A stretch of 64,000 nt of DNA from Selaginella moellendorffii (lineage: Eukaryota > Plantae > Lycopodiophyta): positions 874,669 through 938,668 of the forward strand of contig NW_003314316.1 in the NCBI RefSeq assembly GCF_000143415.4, given 5' to 3'. Both the position numbers and the translations under genes were made by a program. The notes beneath the pieces were generated by a model that saw only the letters and a list, made by a program, of their open reading frames with translations, searched no databases and was not told the DNA's origin. Below, one piece after another: positions 44,548 through 58,600 of the stretch. Numbering within the stretch: the stretch's first letter is position 1; every line of letters starts with the position of its first letter.

Positions 44548-47500
44548 ATGACGGATGCGACCGATGACATTGCGGAGGAGATCTCTTTCCAGGCGTTTGA
44601 TGACGATTGTCATCTGCTGGGGAATCTGCTCAACGATTGCCTCCAGCGCGAGGTCGGGCCGCGGCTTATGGAGAAGGTCGAGCGCGTGCGGCTTCTAGCG
44701 CAGGTATCTGGATGGATTTTCGTGGATTTTGCCGAAATTTTTCTGTGTAGAGCGTGTGCAACATGCGGACTGTTGGGGTCGAGGAGGCCGCGCTGTGGCT
44801 CTCGAAGCAAATCGAGAAGGAGCTCTTGAATATGTCTGTGGATGAAACAGTGCCGCTGGCAAGAGCCTTTAGTCATCACTTGAGTCTCATGGGAATCGCC
44901 GAGACGCATCACCGGTAGGAAATGCTTCTTTTTCTCTTGTGTTGCTATGCCATGACATGTTTTTATTTGTTGTTTGGGATCCTTGTTCTTTGCAGCGTCC
45001 GGAGGAATAGGATGGCATCCCATCCATCAAAGTCGTGTGACGATGTTTTTAAAAGGCTCATCCAATCGGGAGTTTCTCAAGATGATATATACAATGCGGT
45101 GTCTAATCAGGTGACTATGTCCTGTTTTTCCTTTTATTCTAATCTTATTTCTCGGTCAATGAGTTCTTTAGGAAGTCGAAATAGTACTGACGGCTCATCC
45201 AACACAAATCAACAGGCGGACGCTCCAATACAAACACGTCGCATCGGGGTAAGCTTGAACGATTTCTTTGTTCTAATTCTCGTTTGTCTATTTCTTACAG
45301 CATCTTTTGGAAAGAAACGATCGGCAGGATTTAACTCATGAAGAGAAGGAGCTGCTTATTGAAGATCTGGTAATCTATTAGCGTTGTCAGACAGCTGGAG
45401 TGCATGCTTTCTCAAAAAAATTCTAGGTGAGAGAGATCACTTCTCTGTGGCAAACGGACGAGTTAAGGCGACGAAGGCCTACACCTCTGGACGAAGCTCG
45501 CGGAGGTGCTCAACAAAATCTTGTATTCTTCACGCTTTTTGAGTTGACTCGTTATAGATCTACAGGGTTGCACATCGTTGAGCAGACTTTGTGGCGGGCG
45601 GTTCCTCAATATTTACGAAGAATCAGCACGGCCTTGAAGAAAGTGCGGGACTAAAATTTTGTTGCAGCGAGTGTGTGGTCGTGGCCTGGCAAAGACAACT
45701 GGTCTAACGCAGCCGTGGTGTGCGATGTTTTGCAGCATACAGGAAGACCGCTGCCTCTATCGTCGACGCCAATCAAGTTTGGCTCGTGGATGGGCGGAGA
45801 CCGAGATGGAAATCCACATGTGACTGCAAAAGTAAGTAAAAGAAAATAATGTTGCAGGTGAGTGTTACAAGTTTTTGTTTTCCCAGGTGACCCGAGATGT
45901 TTGCTACTTGGCGCGATGGATAGCTGCAGACCTTTACCTGAGGGAAGTGGATAGCCTGAGGTTCGAATTGTCCGTGAGTAATTGTGACGAGAAGCTAGCT
46001 CAATTTGCATATGACATAGTTGCAAAAGGTAATTCAATTGTTTTTTAATTGTTTTTCCTGCTTTACGTCTATTAACTCAGATCGCGAACATGAGCACGAC
46101 CATGATGAACATCATGAAAGATGTTACCACAGGGCGTATGGAAGGCACGGAGAGTTGTTTGCATCCAGTGTCCACTCCAATCTCCCAGCTGGTGCAGATA
46201 TACCCGCATGCTCTGGTGAGCCTTTTTTTTTTTTTTTTTTTTTGTTATTTTTTTAAATTGTAATTTCTATTTCTCTATTTTGCTCATTATCAAGTTATTA
46301 CAGATCCAGACGGTGTTGCTGAACTGCCTGTTCTAGAACTTCCAATCAAGGACGACATAGACATGCAAACAACTTACCAGGTCAATAAATTATTGCTTTT
46401 GAAACAAAACAAAAGTTCATAAGGTTGGTGCAGGCTTCCTCCAACACCACAACAGCGCTACAGTCGAATGAGTCATCTCCAAGTGCTGTGAAAGCGGAGA
46501 TAATGAGGGATAGTATTCAGCACGATCAAGAATCACCGGCATCGCCAACTAGAGCAGCCACCATTCTCGCAGCGGCCATCTCGGCTGGCATTCGGAAAAG
46601 GACAGGCACAGATTCAATCAGTAAATCTAGTGTTGATAAACTACTGAATCCTAGTGCGACGGGTCGGCCTGATATTGCGCCATATAGAGTGGTGCTTGGT
46701 CACATCAGAGAGAAGGTATATACATTTTTTTATTGAGCCTGTACATCCTATGCTAAACCTTTGACGTTATCAAGCTCGTGAATACTCGCCGTCGCATGGA
46801 GGAGCTCTTGGACGACTTACCTTGCGATTATGATCCTAGCGAGTTCTACGAAACTCCAGAACAGCTCTTGGAGCCATTAATGCTTTGCCACCGATCAATG
46901 GTACTAGTTGGTGTGTTGTGTTGTTTTGTACTGAAAATGCGTGTCGTGTAGGAGTCTTGTGAAGCCGAAGTGCTAGCGGACGGGCGCCTTACAGATCTTA
47001 TTCGGCGTGTGTCAATATTTGGAATGACACTGATGAAACTCGATTTACGTCAGGTTAGAGGGAGCGTTCTTGTTTCAGCTGTACTTACGTTAAGGTTCTT
47101 TTAGGAAGCTGAGAAACACTCCGAGGCTTTGGACGCAATAACAAAGTTTCTCGACATGGGAACGTATAGCGCGTGGGATGAAGATAAAAAGCTAGATTTC
47201 CTAACGAAGGAGCTCAAAGGGAAAAGGCCTCTTGTCCCGCCAACGATTGCAGTAAGTGATTCAACAGATCTGAGGCGTTTCACACGCGTGTTTTGATCAG
47301 GTTTCTTCGGAGGTTCAAGAAGTTCTCAACACCTTTCGGGTTGCAGCAGAATTAGGAAGTAACTCCCTTGGAGCATACATTGTCTCAATGACATCTGAGG
47401 TCTTTTTTTTATGACCTTTTGAACAATAAATTGGCTGTTGATGGTTTTTCAGGCTAGTGACGTTCTTGCTGTTGAGCTGCTCCAGAAGGAAGCTCGTCTT

Positions 47501-48866
47501 GTAGTGAGCGGCGAGCTTGGCAAGCCCTGTCCTGGAACATCGTAAGCGTTGCTTCTATGTGGTTGTATCTTCCCACCGATCCGGACTGCATTTACAGGCT
47601 TCGGGTAGTTCCATTGTTTGAAACTGTAAAAGACTTGAGAGACGCAGGCACGATAATTAGGAGGCTTCTGTCTATTCCGTGGTACCGTGATCATTTAGTT
47701 ACAAATCACCAGGGACACCAAGAGGTTGGCACCAACTTTCACTTGTTGTTTGTATCGCTGAGACACTATGCACAGGTGATGCTGGGTTATTCTGACTCTG
47801 GCAAAGATGCTGGCCGTTTCACGGCGGCTTGGGAACTGTACAAAGCTCAGGAAGATGTTGTCGCTGCATGCAAGGACTACGGGATAAAATTGACTCTGTT
47901 CCATGGCCGAGGAGGAAGCGTTGGACGGGGTGGCGGGCCTATGTACCTCGCTATTCAATCACAGCCTCCTGGCTCCGTAATTGTAAGTTAATCCTCGGCT
48001 TTGCTAAAAGGTTCTCATTTCTCTCTTGTGATCCATATCAGGGAACTCTGCGTATAACCGAGCAAGGAGAGATGGTGCAGGCGAAGTTTGGCCTTCCACA
48101 GACTGCTTTACGTGAATTGGAAATCTACACGACGGCTGTTCTTTTGGCAACCTTAAACCCTCCAGACTCGCCCCGGGTTAGTTGCTGGAGAACGGTCATG
48201 GAACAGATCTCCGACGTCAGTCGCCAACATTATCGCAATGTCGTCTACGAGAATAAGGAGTTTCTGCATTACTTCCAGGAGGCAACCCCAGAATCCGAGC
48301 TGGGAAACTTGAACATCGGCAGCAGGCCGACGAGGCGAAAGAAGTCTGGTGGCATTGGACAGCTGAGGGCCATACCTTGGATATTTGCATGGACGCAAAG
48401 CAGGTTCGTTCTTCCGGCATGGCTGGGGGTGGGGAAGGGACTGGAGGCAGTCATATCGCAGGGATATATACAGGAACTTCAAGCCATGTATCGCGAGTGG
48501 CCGTTTTTCCAGTCTACGATAGATCTTATTGAGATGGGGTTGGCAAAAGCAGACATAGCCATTGCGAAGCATTATGACGACTGGTTAGTGAATCCAGCCA
48601 GGCAGACACTCGGACAAGAGCTGCGGGACGAGTTCCACAAGACAGAGAGGTGTGTTTTGGAAGTGAGTGGGCATCACAGGCTAGCGGAGAACAATAAAAC
48701 GCTGAGACGTTTGATCGAGAGCAGGCTGCCGTACTTGACGCCTCTCAACATGCTACAAGTGGAGGTGTTGAGGCGTCTGAGACAGGATCAGAGCAACCAG
48801 AGGCTTCGTGATGCTCTTCTCATTTCGATAAATGGCATAGCTGCTGGTATGCGGAACACTGGCTGA
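44548..48866 (+). CDS. PPC4: Bacterial-type phosphoenolpyruvate carboxylase (BTPC), about 20 exons
   Basis: N-terminus [21 protein letters not shown] without the plant-type phospho-Ser motif. Motifs [59 protein letters not shown]-terminal RNTG and a low-complexity insertion typical of BTPC. Confidence 0.96.
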
Positions 48867-51800
48867 CGATAGTTTGGAAGGTACGCTACTTCTTTACGAG
48901 CTTATACTTTGATCGCTTGCAGTGCTTTTGTGTTACAGCGACAGAAGAACGGTTAGATAGGATTTTCCAGTAGTGTCACTATACGCAGGATTTGTTACAA
49001 TTTAGAGTATAGTGGAAGGAAAGATGGATGGGCCACTGATTGTTAGTATGTCCCAATGCTCATCAGCGACCAGGTACGTAGCTTTTCTCTCGTTGTCATT
49101 GGAGATGTATCCTTCTAACCTTTGCCTTTATATTGCTTTTAGATAGAACTGTAGTACCAAGGGGTGGGATTAAGAACTTCCCGAATGCCATCAATGCTTG
49201 TGTGTTGCAGTCGGGATCCTTGCAGATCATTTCAAAACCGATCAGTTGTCAATGTGAGTGTCGACAGTTGCCTACTTAACGTCAGGTAAGGCGAAGCGAG
49301 TCCAACTAGCAACTAACTTGCACGTTTTTCGGAAAACATTCCAGGGGTGCTTTTATAAATGCCTTTGGCGTAGCAGTGGAAGAGACGATCGAAAGGATTT
49401 CTACCCGACCGGTCGTCTTGGAACACAGGTAAGCTTGACTTGTTTCCTTATCGTTGTTTAATTCTGCGAGTACCAGGTTGGCACGGAACTTTACGTATCC
49501 CTGAGAGACACACAGCCAGCGAAGTTCATGCTCTCTTTAGCGTCTTTAAACTCGAGCCAGCAGCAGCAGCTGAGAGCAATACAGCACAGGACGATGCGTG
49601 ACCTCAACTCGATTCGAGCATCCAATCCAAGGACCGCAGAGTGAAAGGAGAAAGACCGCGGCGTTGTCACCCTCGCCGACAAATCCCACATGACGAGTAA
49701 CTTCATTGATCCCACCACCACTCATCGTCGAAAACAACAAAAGGAAGAGGCAAGCAAGTAGAACGATATCAAAGTTTCGTTTTTTCATTCTTCTTTTTAT
49801 TTTTGTTCTTTTAGAAGTTTGTGGTGGAGATCGACAAGCCGCGATCTGATCGAGTCAAAAGCAGGGCGAAGCTTTCTGCAGGCTCGGTGAATATGCCGCG
49901 GGAAAAAATCATCATAGTCGTTCCTGTCTCGGTGGGAGCCAAGATCATCTCTTTCGCTCTGCCAAGTACGGCACTCGTACGGCGATGGTCCCAAGCAAAC
50001 CAACGGTCGCCAGAGAAAAACAATCCGGGACCAAAGTAAGATTTGTATGAAGTTTGATGAGAGGTTGTGTTATTGAATGTGCGATGCAGACGTTGTTGGT
50101 GAAGAGGATTATAAATCGAAAGTGAAAGTTAGTGGAAGGCCTCGGATGGCGATCGAGACGACTCTTGAAGAACCAGAAGCAGTACTGGTGCGAGGAAAAA
50201 GAGGTTATTTCAAGTTCTTAGTTTTTTTTGTAAGATTGGGTGATAAACAGGAACTTGCTGTCAGTGGAGGAAAGGATCGTCCAGGGATCGGAAAGGATTC
50301 CCAGTGAATCCACCCATCTCTCCTTTTTGCTCACACCGATGGCTCAACGGCAACGTTGGACTCACACATTTATTCGTTTTTGGCTCCAACCAAAGGATTG
50401 CGCAAAATGCCGAAGAGCGGCATTCATGGTGTGCAAGAAATAGAGCGAAAGGAAATGGCGGACCCAGATCAGAAAAAGCGAATCATGGTTCTCCATGCCT
50501 GTGAAACAGCATCAAAGAAAAACACCAAGAAATCCAAAACTATGAAAAAAACACTTCGCGACAGCGATACGACACCTTTCTGCAGTGTAAATGCACAGCT
50601 GTCACCTTTTCTGCAGCGGCGCCGCCCAAAGATGCCGTAGCGGCGCCGCTGGCTGTGTCGTGTAATTTGTATATATATATAGCAAAGAGGGAATAGCCTT
50701 CCTTTCAACCTCGCGCCCACTGTGGTAAGGCATGCAGTGCCGCGCAGGGGCATTTTGTTTGACCTGGTGGGTCGATTGAATTGGATGTTTTGTGCTTGTG
50801 GGTTGTCTTCGATCGTCAAATCGTCAACTGGGTCGAGCTCTGATCCATCGCCCATCATCCCTCTGGCTTGTTTGTATTTGCCGCTTTGCCTCCCAATTCC
50901 CCATCTCTCCATAAATGAGTCGCATTACTATAACTTCACAGTCGCAGGCACTTGCTTGTTAACATGCCTTGCCATTTCCGAATCGTCGGCGCTGTGTTAT
51001 GTGTCCTGTGATCATTCATTCATTCATCTACTGTTTACATAGTCTCGCAGTGGCTTGTGTAAGTAATTTATACATTCAAGTACGCACAGTCCCACTTTTA
51101 GCTCCGGGTGAAAGAGAGATCTCCCGTATAGCCTTTCCACAAATTGCCGGTATTCGTATCGTATTTGTATGCCCCTCTTAAAGCTGGGAGCCACTTTGTC
51201 TACGCCCATACGGCCCCCAGCTTGAATGTGTATTCTTCTTTTTCTTTGTTGCCTTGCTGGTATTTTAGGCTCGTGTGAGCGAATGTAGCTTTGGGTGTTT
51301 TGGGAAACTGTCTCTCACACTGTCCTCCTCTCTGAGAGCTCTTTTCTTTCTTTCCTGGTTGCCTTTGTCCATAGGCATATAGCTTGTTAGTTGGCTCCTT
51401 TCTTTCTCAGCTTATTCCTTTCCTCCCAGCTTGATTCACGCCGAGCGAGCTCGTATACTCTTGTCTCTGTGTGATATTGTGTGGATTTGTTACCTCTAAG
51501 TTCGTGTATGTGTGTTCTTTGCTTGATCAACTGTGCTTTGATCTATGGCGTGACTGTTGCGAGATTGAGAAGGGGAGCTTTTTTAATTCTCATGCGCATT
51601 GCAGGTGGTACTTTGCGTAGCAGCAGCTCAGCCCAGCTCTGATCCATCTCTGATCACTTGTCGTATGATTTGAGATTGGTCGCTCTTCAATTTGGCAGCT
51701 TGCAGCTCTTTCTTTCTCTCTGGTCTTGGCTCTCACCTCTCCCAATCAATCTCTCCTTATCTTTTCATTTAAGTTCTTTGCGATCTTCCCACCGGAAGAG

Positions 51801-53023
51801 AGATCGCATACTTCTGCTCTGCACTCCAAAAGTCGTCGTCTTTCCTTCGTTTTTAAAAGTTTCTCTTCTCGTCTAAAAAGCTTGCTTGCTCGGAGTTCTC
51901 GCTGCTCCGCGAGCGATTGATATTGATATATGCGAGTGATTGATTGATGGGAGGTATTAACATAAGGTTTACTCATACTTCCTTCTTCCTTCCTCGTTCG
52001 TTTTGTGTGGTTTTCCAGCGAGGTGTGTGAGCTCCGGGTGTGCTCGTGTCTGATATCATCCTTTCTTCTCCCTGCTCTGCCTGTGTTGGTCTCGAGTACT
52101 ATGGCGCCTGCAACTCTGATGGATTAGGACCGGGAAATTGATTGATACGAGGGAATTTATGTTGGCAACACAAGCACAACGTGTTAGAATTTTCTCCACC
52201 CTCAGTCAGCCATGGAGAGCTCTTTCTTTCACCCCCTCTCCACACCACAGCTCCGCGTTCATCTGGCATGGAGGAGAGTTATAAAGAGAGCTCCATGACA
52301 GCGACCAAGGAAGAAGAAAGGAACAAAAGATGCGGGCTTGGACTTAAACCATTACTGATCCACCTCTCTGGGTTGTTAATGGCGGGTTTGCTCAATCCAT
52401 AGCTGCTGGACACACAAAAACACAAAACTCATTCTTTCTCTCTCAAGCGCACACATTCTTTCTCACACTCAAAGAACGGAAGTCTAGAGAGAGTGAGGGA
52501 GGAAAAAGAGAGCGACTTTGCATAGTAGTCTGAGTACTTACTGCTCTTTTTGGTCCCAGAGAGAATTTTTTGAGACTCCAAGGCAGGATGGATGGATAGA
52601 GAAGGGCGAGCAACAGCTCCACGTCCATGTTGGAGTTTTTATTCCTTGGACTGCTCATCCTTGTTCTTGTTCTGCCGCTGGCTGTGCAGAGGCGGCTGGC
52701 CGAGGAATATCGACAAGAGGGATGTGAGTGAAAGGCGAGAGAGAGAGGAATTCAAGGACGTGTCGACAAAATGCCCGGCTCTCGGATTCATGGAGCTGTT
52801 GCTGCTCCCTTCTTCCATTCTTTCACGTTCTCATTCTTCATTCAAGGCCGCCAATTCATGAAAGAGGAGTACTGATCCAAGGATAGAGAGGGAGATAGAG
52901 AGAAAGCGGAACAAGAACACACACAAAGCAAGGAAGAAAAGTGAGCGGTTGTGAGGAATCCGAAGGTGGTTCGTCCGCTATCTTCCCTGCATGTTTTTAA
53001 AATGGAGGAAGTTCTCTTGTTTC

Positions 53024-53061
<38 letters not shown>
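53024..53061. repeat. (GA)n microsatellite upstream of the WIP ORF
   Basis: Seen directly; ~100 bp upstream of the ATG. Confidence 0.95.
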
Positions 53062-53063
<2 letters not shown>

Positions 53064-53162
53064 GACAAGTGATTGATTGATCTTTAAGGTTAGCGCCAAC
53101 TTAAGCTGGCTGGGATCGAGGGGTATCTTTGACAGATAGCTCGGATAGAGAGGAAGATTTAG

Positions 53163-55514
53163 ATGTGGGTGAAGATGAGCTACCAGCGGCAGCAGCAACA
53201 GCAGCTCCATCACTTCGAGCTCAAGCAGCAGCAGCAGCAGCAGCAGCAAGAGTTTGTGCATCACCACCAGTTTGGAAACCACCACCATCATGGAGAGCTC
53301 AAGAACAATACGCAAAGGCGAGAAGTCGAGGATGATCATCTTCGAGAGCGCGAGCGAGAGGGCTATATGGTGATGCCACTCGGGGTGTCGGAGAGATTCA
53401 AGCTGGGTTTGGGGCATCAGCAGGCACCGGCAATCGTGTCCACTCTCCCCGTCGCCATTCCCTTCATGGAGGCCTCGTCTCGCGGAGCGCTCGTGAGGAG
53501 CGGTCTAAAGCTCAGCTCCTCGTCGCCACCACAGCTAGCGGCGTTGATAGCGAATCCAAATCCAAGTCCCACCACCATTGTCAGCAGCAGCAGCAGCGCA
53601 AGCAGCAGCAGCGGCCGGGAATTCGATCTCTGCTATAGCAATTGGCTGCCGTTCGCAAGATTGCAGCAGCAAGCTCCCCAGGAGCTGAATTTGCTGGCCA
53701 GAGACGACGATGGCGAGTGCTGTCCTCCCTGCGACGCTTCCCAAGAAGAAGAAGAGGAAGACGAACAAGATCTCCGACAAGACGAACAAGATGGCACTGC
53801 TGCTGCCCAAGACAAAGAAGACAACCATGTTCGAGATCGTCAGCTCGTCGTCACAACAAAGCCCATTCCATTTTGGAGCCTGGCTACCAGCGCTTCCGCC
53901 GGATCCACCATCACCACCACGGAGGAGGAGGAGGAGGACACCATACCATACAAGCTCCAGCAGCATCGGCACCAACCAGTCATGATCAAGACTGCAATCT
54001 TGCCTGTCCAGTCCGACGATTCATCGTCCTCGTCGTCCGACTCGGAGAGCGAGCAAGGCCAAGATCCCAGTGGTGGTGACAAGATGGTGGTGAGCAGTAG
54101 TAGCAGAGGCAGCTTGGGGATCATGGCAATAGCGCCATCACCGCTCCAAATCAGCAGCAATGGCAGTTTCCAAGGTGGTGGATATGATCATCATCGAGGA
54201 GTGGGCGCTAGTCCAGGTGGAGTGGGGAGCAGCAGCTGCAGCTCCGGGAACAAGCAGAAGCAGAAGGAGAACCAGACGGTGCCCGTGTACAAGGAGCAGC
54301 TGCTGCGGGAGTCGAGATCTCGTTTGCCACACGGCCACTACTGGATACCAACGCCCGCGCAGATTCTCGTCGGCCCGACGCAGTTCTCGTGCCCCGTGTG
54401 CAGCAAGACCTTCAACCGCTACAACAACATGCAGGTATGGACTTGTGTAGTGTGCTTGTGCGTGTGTGTGTGTTTTTTTCTTTTTTTTTGTTCTTTTTTC
54501 TCTTTTTCTTTTTTCTTCATTGTTCATAGTGCGCTTGAACATTTCTGAACACTGAAAGATTGAATCTTGAACAGTTCATATCCATGTCCATTGGTTGGTT
54601 TCAGTTGATGTATAATGTGACATTGCATTGGCATTGCTATTGTTTTCTCTCTTTTCCTTCTCTTTCTAGATGTTCCAAGGCTGTATCTATCTGCCTTTTT
54701 TTTCTTTCATACATCACTCTGTGTGTCCAATCTTTCCATCACCTTTCCATTTTCATCAGAAAAAAAGAAAAGAAAAGATAAACAGCTCACCTAATTGAGC
54801 TGCTTGAGATTTCTTGAGCTGCTTGAGCTGCTTGCCTGGGTGAGACAAACATTCCCCATTGATGATTGCTGGATTGATTGATTGGGTCTTCCATGATCAG
54901 AGCATGCATTTTTCTGAAGAAAAAAAATTTAAAATTATATACGTATCCATGACTTAAAAATCTCATTTTTCTCTTACCTGTGTGTGACTGAACAGATGCA
55001 TATGTGGGGGCATGGATCCCAGTACCGCCGCGGCCCCGAGTCACTGCGCGGCACGCAGCCCACCGCAATGCTCCGGCTGCCCTGCTACTGCTGCGCGGTG
55101 GGGTGCCGCAACCACGTCGACCACCCGCGAGCCAAGCCCCTCAAGGACTTCCGCACCCTCCAGACGCACTACAAGCGCAAGCACGGCATCAAGCCTTTCC
55201 CCTGCCGCAAGTGCGGCAAACCGTTTGCCGTCCGCGGCGACTGGCGGACGCACGAGAAGAACTGCGGCAAGCTGTGGTACTGCATCTGCGGCTCCGACTT
55301 CAAGCACAAGCGCTCGCTCAAGGATCACATCCGCGCGTTTGGGCTCGGGCACGCGGCGCTGGCCGACGCTGGGGCCGACGCTGGAAGGCGTGCGGCTGCG
55401 GCTGCGGCTACTGCGGCCGCCGCGGTTACCACCACCGCCACCACCACCACAGCGTCCGACGATGACGACGATGGCGACGAGCAAGACGAGGACGAGGTAT
55501 CTGTGGTCAGCTAG
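53163..55514 (+). CDS. WIP: WIP-family C2H2 zinc finger transcription factor; exons 53163-54434, 54996-55514
   Basis: [32 protein letters not shown]|[33 protein letters not shown]...[16 protein letters not shown]...[17 protein letters not shown], with the family-typical intron position. Long Q/S/E-rich N-terminus. Confidence 0.96.
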
Positions 55515-55699
55515 CCATTAGAGCACTCCTTTACGATGATCTTACTACGCTTATCTGGATTTTTTCCTTTTCCTTCTCGGCTTCCTTGTGGTCGCTGCAA
55601 GCAAGCGGCCTTTACTCCCCTTAATTCTGCAACCGATACAGAACAAGAAAGGAACTTTTGTGAGCATTTCCAAGCCTAGGAAAGTACGGGCAGAGCATT

Positions 55700-58600
55700 T
55701 CGCCCGAAAGATTTTACCATGCCTCCCCGAGTCAAACTGGAAGAAATAAGAAAATCCTCAAAATCTCGGCTTGTCGGCGTCCATGGCGAACACTCCGTAC
55801 CTCCGCCGACGAGGTGAGCTGGGAAATGACAACTACAGAACAAAACAGGGCATGAGTGAGAGAAACAACAACGAAAAATGCAACAAACAAAGTGGAGAAT
55901 GTACCTCTCTCAGCTTTAAACTTAAAGCTGCTTGCCTTCTACGTACCTCCAAGCACCTATAGATATATATATACCTCACATAGTAAATGATCCATGTTGT
56001 GCCTTATAAAATATTATTCTTTCCTCTTCATTCCACGCAAAAGGCAAATCTAAGGTTGCTTCTCCCCTCGTTAAGTTCAGTGCAAAGCAGAAGCGGTAGT
56101 GTAGCCAGCAGCAGTGGCATTTCTTTGAGTGTGTGGGGTGTGTGCGTGGGCGAGCTCATAAAAACCACCCCACACTCACACACACAACACAAGTTGGTCC
56201 ACAGTACGAACAGTCGGCAGACCGTCCGTGTCTGTGTGTGTGAGTGTGTGCTGTTTTTTGAGCTCCGCCCGGCGCAGCACACGTAGGGAAGGGTCTTCTT
56301 CTTTGTTTACCTGTTGAATTGTCACCCTTGTCAAGACACAGAAGCATGAGGAGATTTGTCATTGTACTTGGCATACCTTTAAAGCAGCGTCGAGGATAAC
56401 ACTCGAGTTTTGTGGCCGCACCGCACGCACTCGGAGTCCTCCTCCTCGGGCGAGTCAAGTCACCGACCATTTCCCTCCTTGTTGCAACTTGCGCAGTATG
56501 AATCGAGTAAGGTCACACAATTTGCAGTTCACCAGCTTGATTGCTTTTCCGTGTCTTTTACTACGTCCACATTGCGAGTAAACTCCCTGTGAGGCAACAA
56601 AGCAAAGTGAAAAGGTGAAATTTCATGAACCGTAATCCATTGCAAGCTAGATCCTCGGAAGATAACGACTCACCTTTTGCTCACTGGACTGGATCTCTCA
56701 GCTCAATTGTTTCAAAGCCGAATCTCCCAAGTTTGACAAAAGCATGGCCGACAAACCATCAATTGCGCTTCTTCCACGTGGCTCGTTTCCTCCGCAAGTC
56801 TTATCTTCAGCAGCAGCGGCATCTTCCAATTCCAACACTCACGAGATGCCGATCCTGAGGCCGCAATTTAGCAGAGTTAGAGACACGATCTTGGTTGCGT
56901 ATAAAAAACAAAGAGACAACTGACCCCCCGTCTCCCTTTGGTAGCTGTCCACCCATCTCTGTTAACTACTCAGTGGTCCTCGAATAGTCCAAAGCTTTAG
57001 AAAGCATTTGGGGCGATATGTCACTCGAAAACTGCTCCAGTCACGCTCAACCTTGTGTAAGATTCCTTTGAGCAGGATCTTCTCCAAATCCACTTATAAC
57101 CCACTGACAGGAAACCAGGGAAAGATGAGATGCATACGAACCATAAAATACTACCGACAAGCCTGTTGTTGTAAGACGATGATGGAAACCAAATGGATGC
57201 TTTAAGGCATCTGAGAGTTTGCGCGTTAAGGCATCTGGACAAAGTAAACTCCATGATTTTCGAGTGTCCTGAAACGAAACACGTCTGTCGTCAGTCGTGA
57301 TATCCACAAAATCCGAGCTTAAGTTAGTGGAACAAGGGAGGGGAGGGGCTGTACCATTTGGTGAAGCAGTGGCACGCACCTTTACAAAGGCTTTTCAAAT
57401 CCGAAGGAAGCACAGGAGCCAGTAGCATGATCGATTCCTGGACACAAAAACAAAAGAAAAAAGAATCAGTAAAATAAAAAGCAAAGTGACCAAGTGAATA
57501 AAGGAAGGTGACGAACAACGAGTTCAAAGTACCTATTGGGGCCAGCAAACACAAGCGAGGAATAAAGAAAGCCACCTCTTCTAGAAAGCTTGGGGATTTA
57601 ACATCCGCATTGGGAATCAGCATGCGGCCTCTGTCCACGCTTGTCGCATCGCATATGTCCAATTGTAACCCAGAAAGAAAGCAGCTCTCATCTCATCGGC
57701 ATCGCATCGTCACTGCAGCGAGCATTGCGATCCCTGCAGGAAGCAAAGCCAAGCTCACATCAGCCTGCATTTCCTTTTGGCATTTGTACAAAAGACATGG
57801 AGAAATCCTGCGGACCACGCTTTGGAACGTGACGGTCACACCAGACCAGCACACTGAAAAGTCATGCATGCAAAGCGATGCCTCGGTAATAATTCCAAAC
57901 CATAGACAGCTACTTCAGAGGTCTCCCTCCCTGCCCAGGGGAACCTCTTCCTCCTAGACTAAAAGAAAAACTGAGTTAATGGAAAGACAAGCTTACCTTT
58001 CTTCTTCAATCGTCCTTGCCATGGCAGTGCCTGGTCTGGCAGTTCGACAACATCAGCCAGTCTTCCTCATATCTGTTGGCACTCTGCAATCCCTGGCTGA
58101 ATTTTAGAGAGGAAGACATTTCCATATCATGCTATTCTCTTGTTTATTAAAAAAAGAAGAGGAGAAAAAGTTAGTCACAGCCGCGGAAAGAAAGCACTAA
58201 ATTGGAAGTTCCTTTTTTTATAGCATGAATCTTACCTTTAGGATCAGTTCATAAACTTGAACAGGATCCAGTTACTGGAATACAGAATTTACTTGCCTCG
58301 TTTCAAGAAGAAAAGAAATAATGCTTGCCTTGCCTCACAGAATGGCCCTTTTGCTGTGTCCTCCGTAACACCATTATGAACTGTTTAAGCGCTGCTTCAC
58401 GGTCCAACCTTTCGGACATCGTGCACCTGAACCACGCTTTTAGCAAAGCCACTAAGAAAGGAAGCTAGCAACACGCATGGCATACGGTTCATCCCTTAAC
58501 AGGCAGATCCACTTGTAAAACAAGCATTACGATATGCGTACGTATGCAGCATATTTCAAGAAGAGGAAGCGGAGCGGCAAAAGCCCAATGACCTGGTATC

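Noticed and set aside
51560-51582. miR159/319-like sequence GATTGAGAAGGGGAGCT
   Set aside because: Several mismatches and indels versus the mature miRNA, and no complementary arm found.
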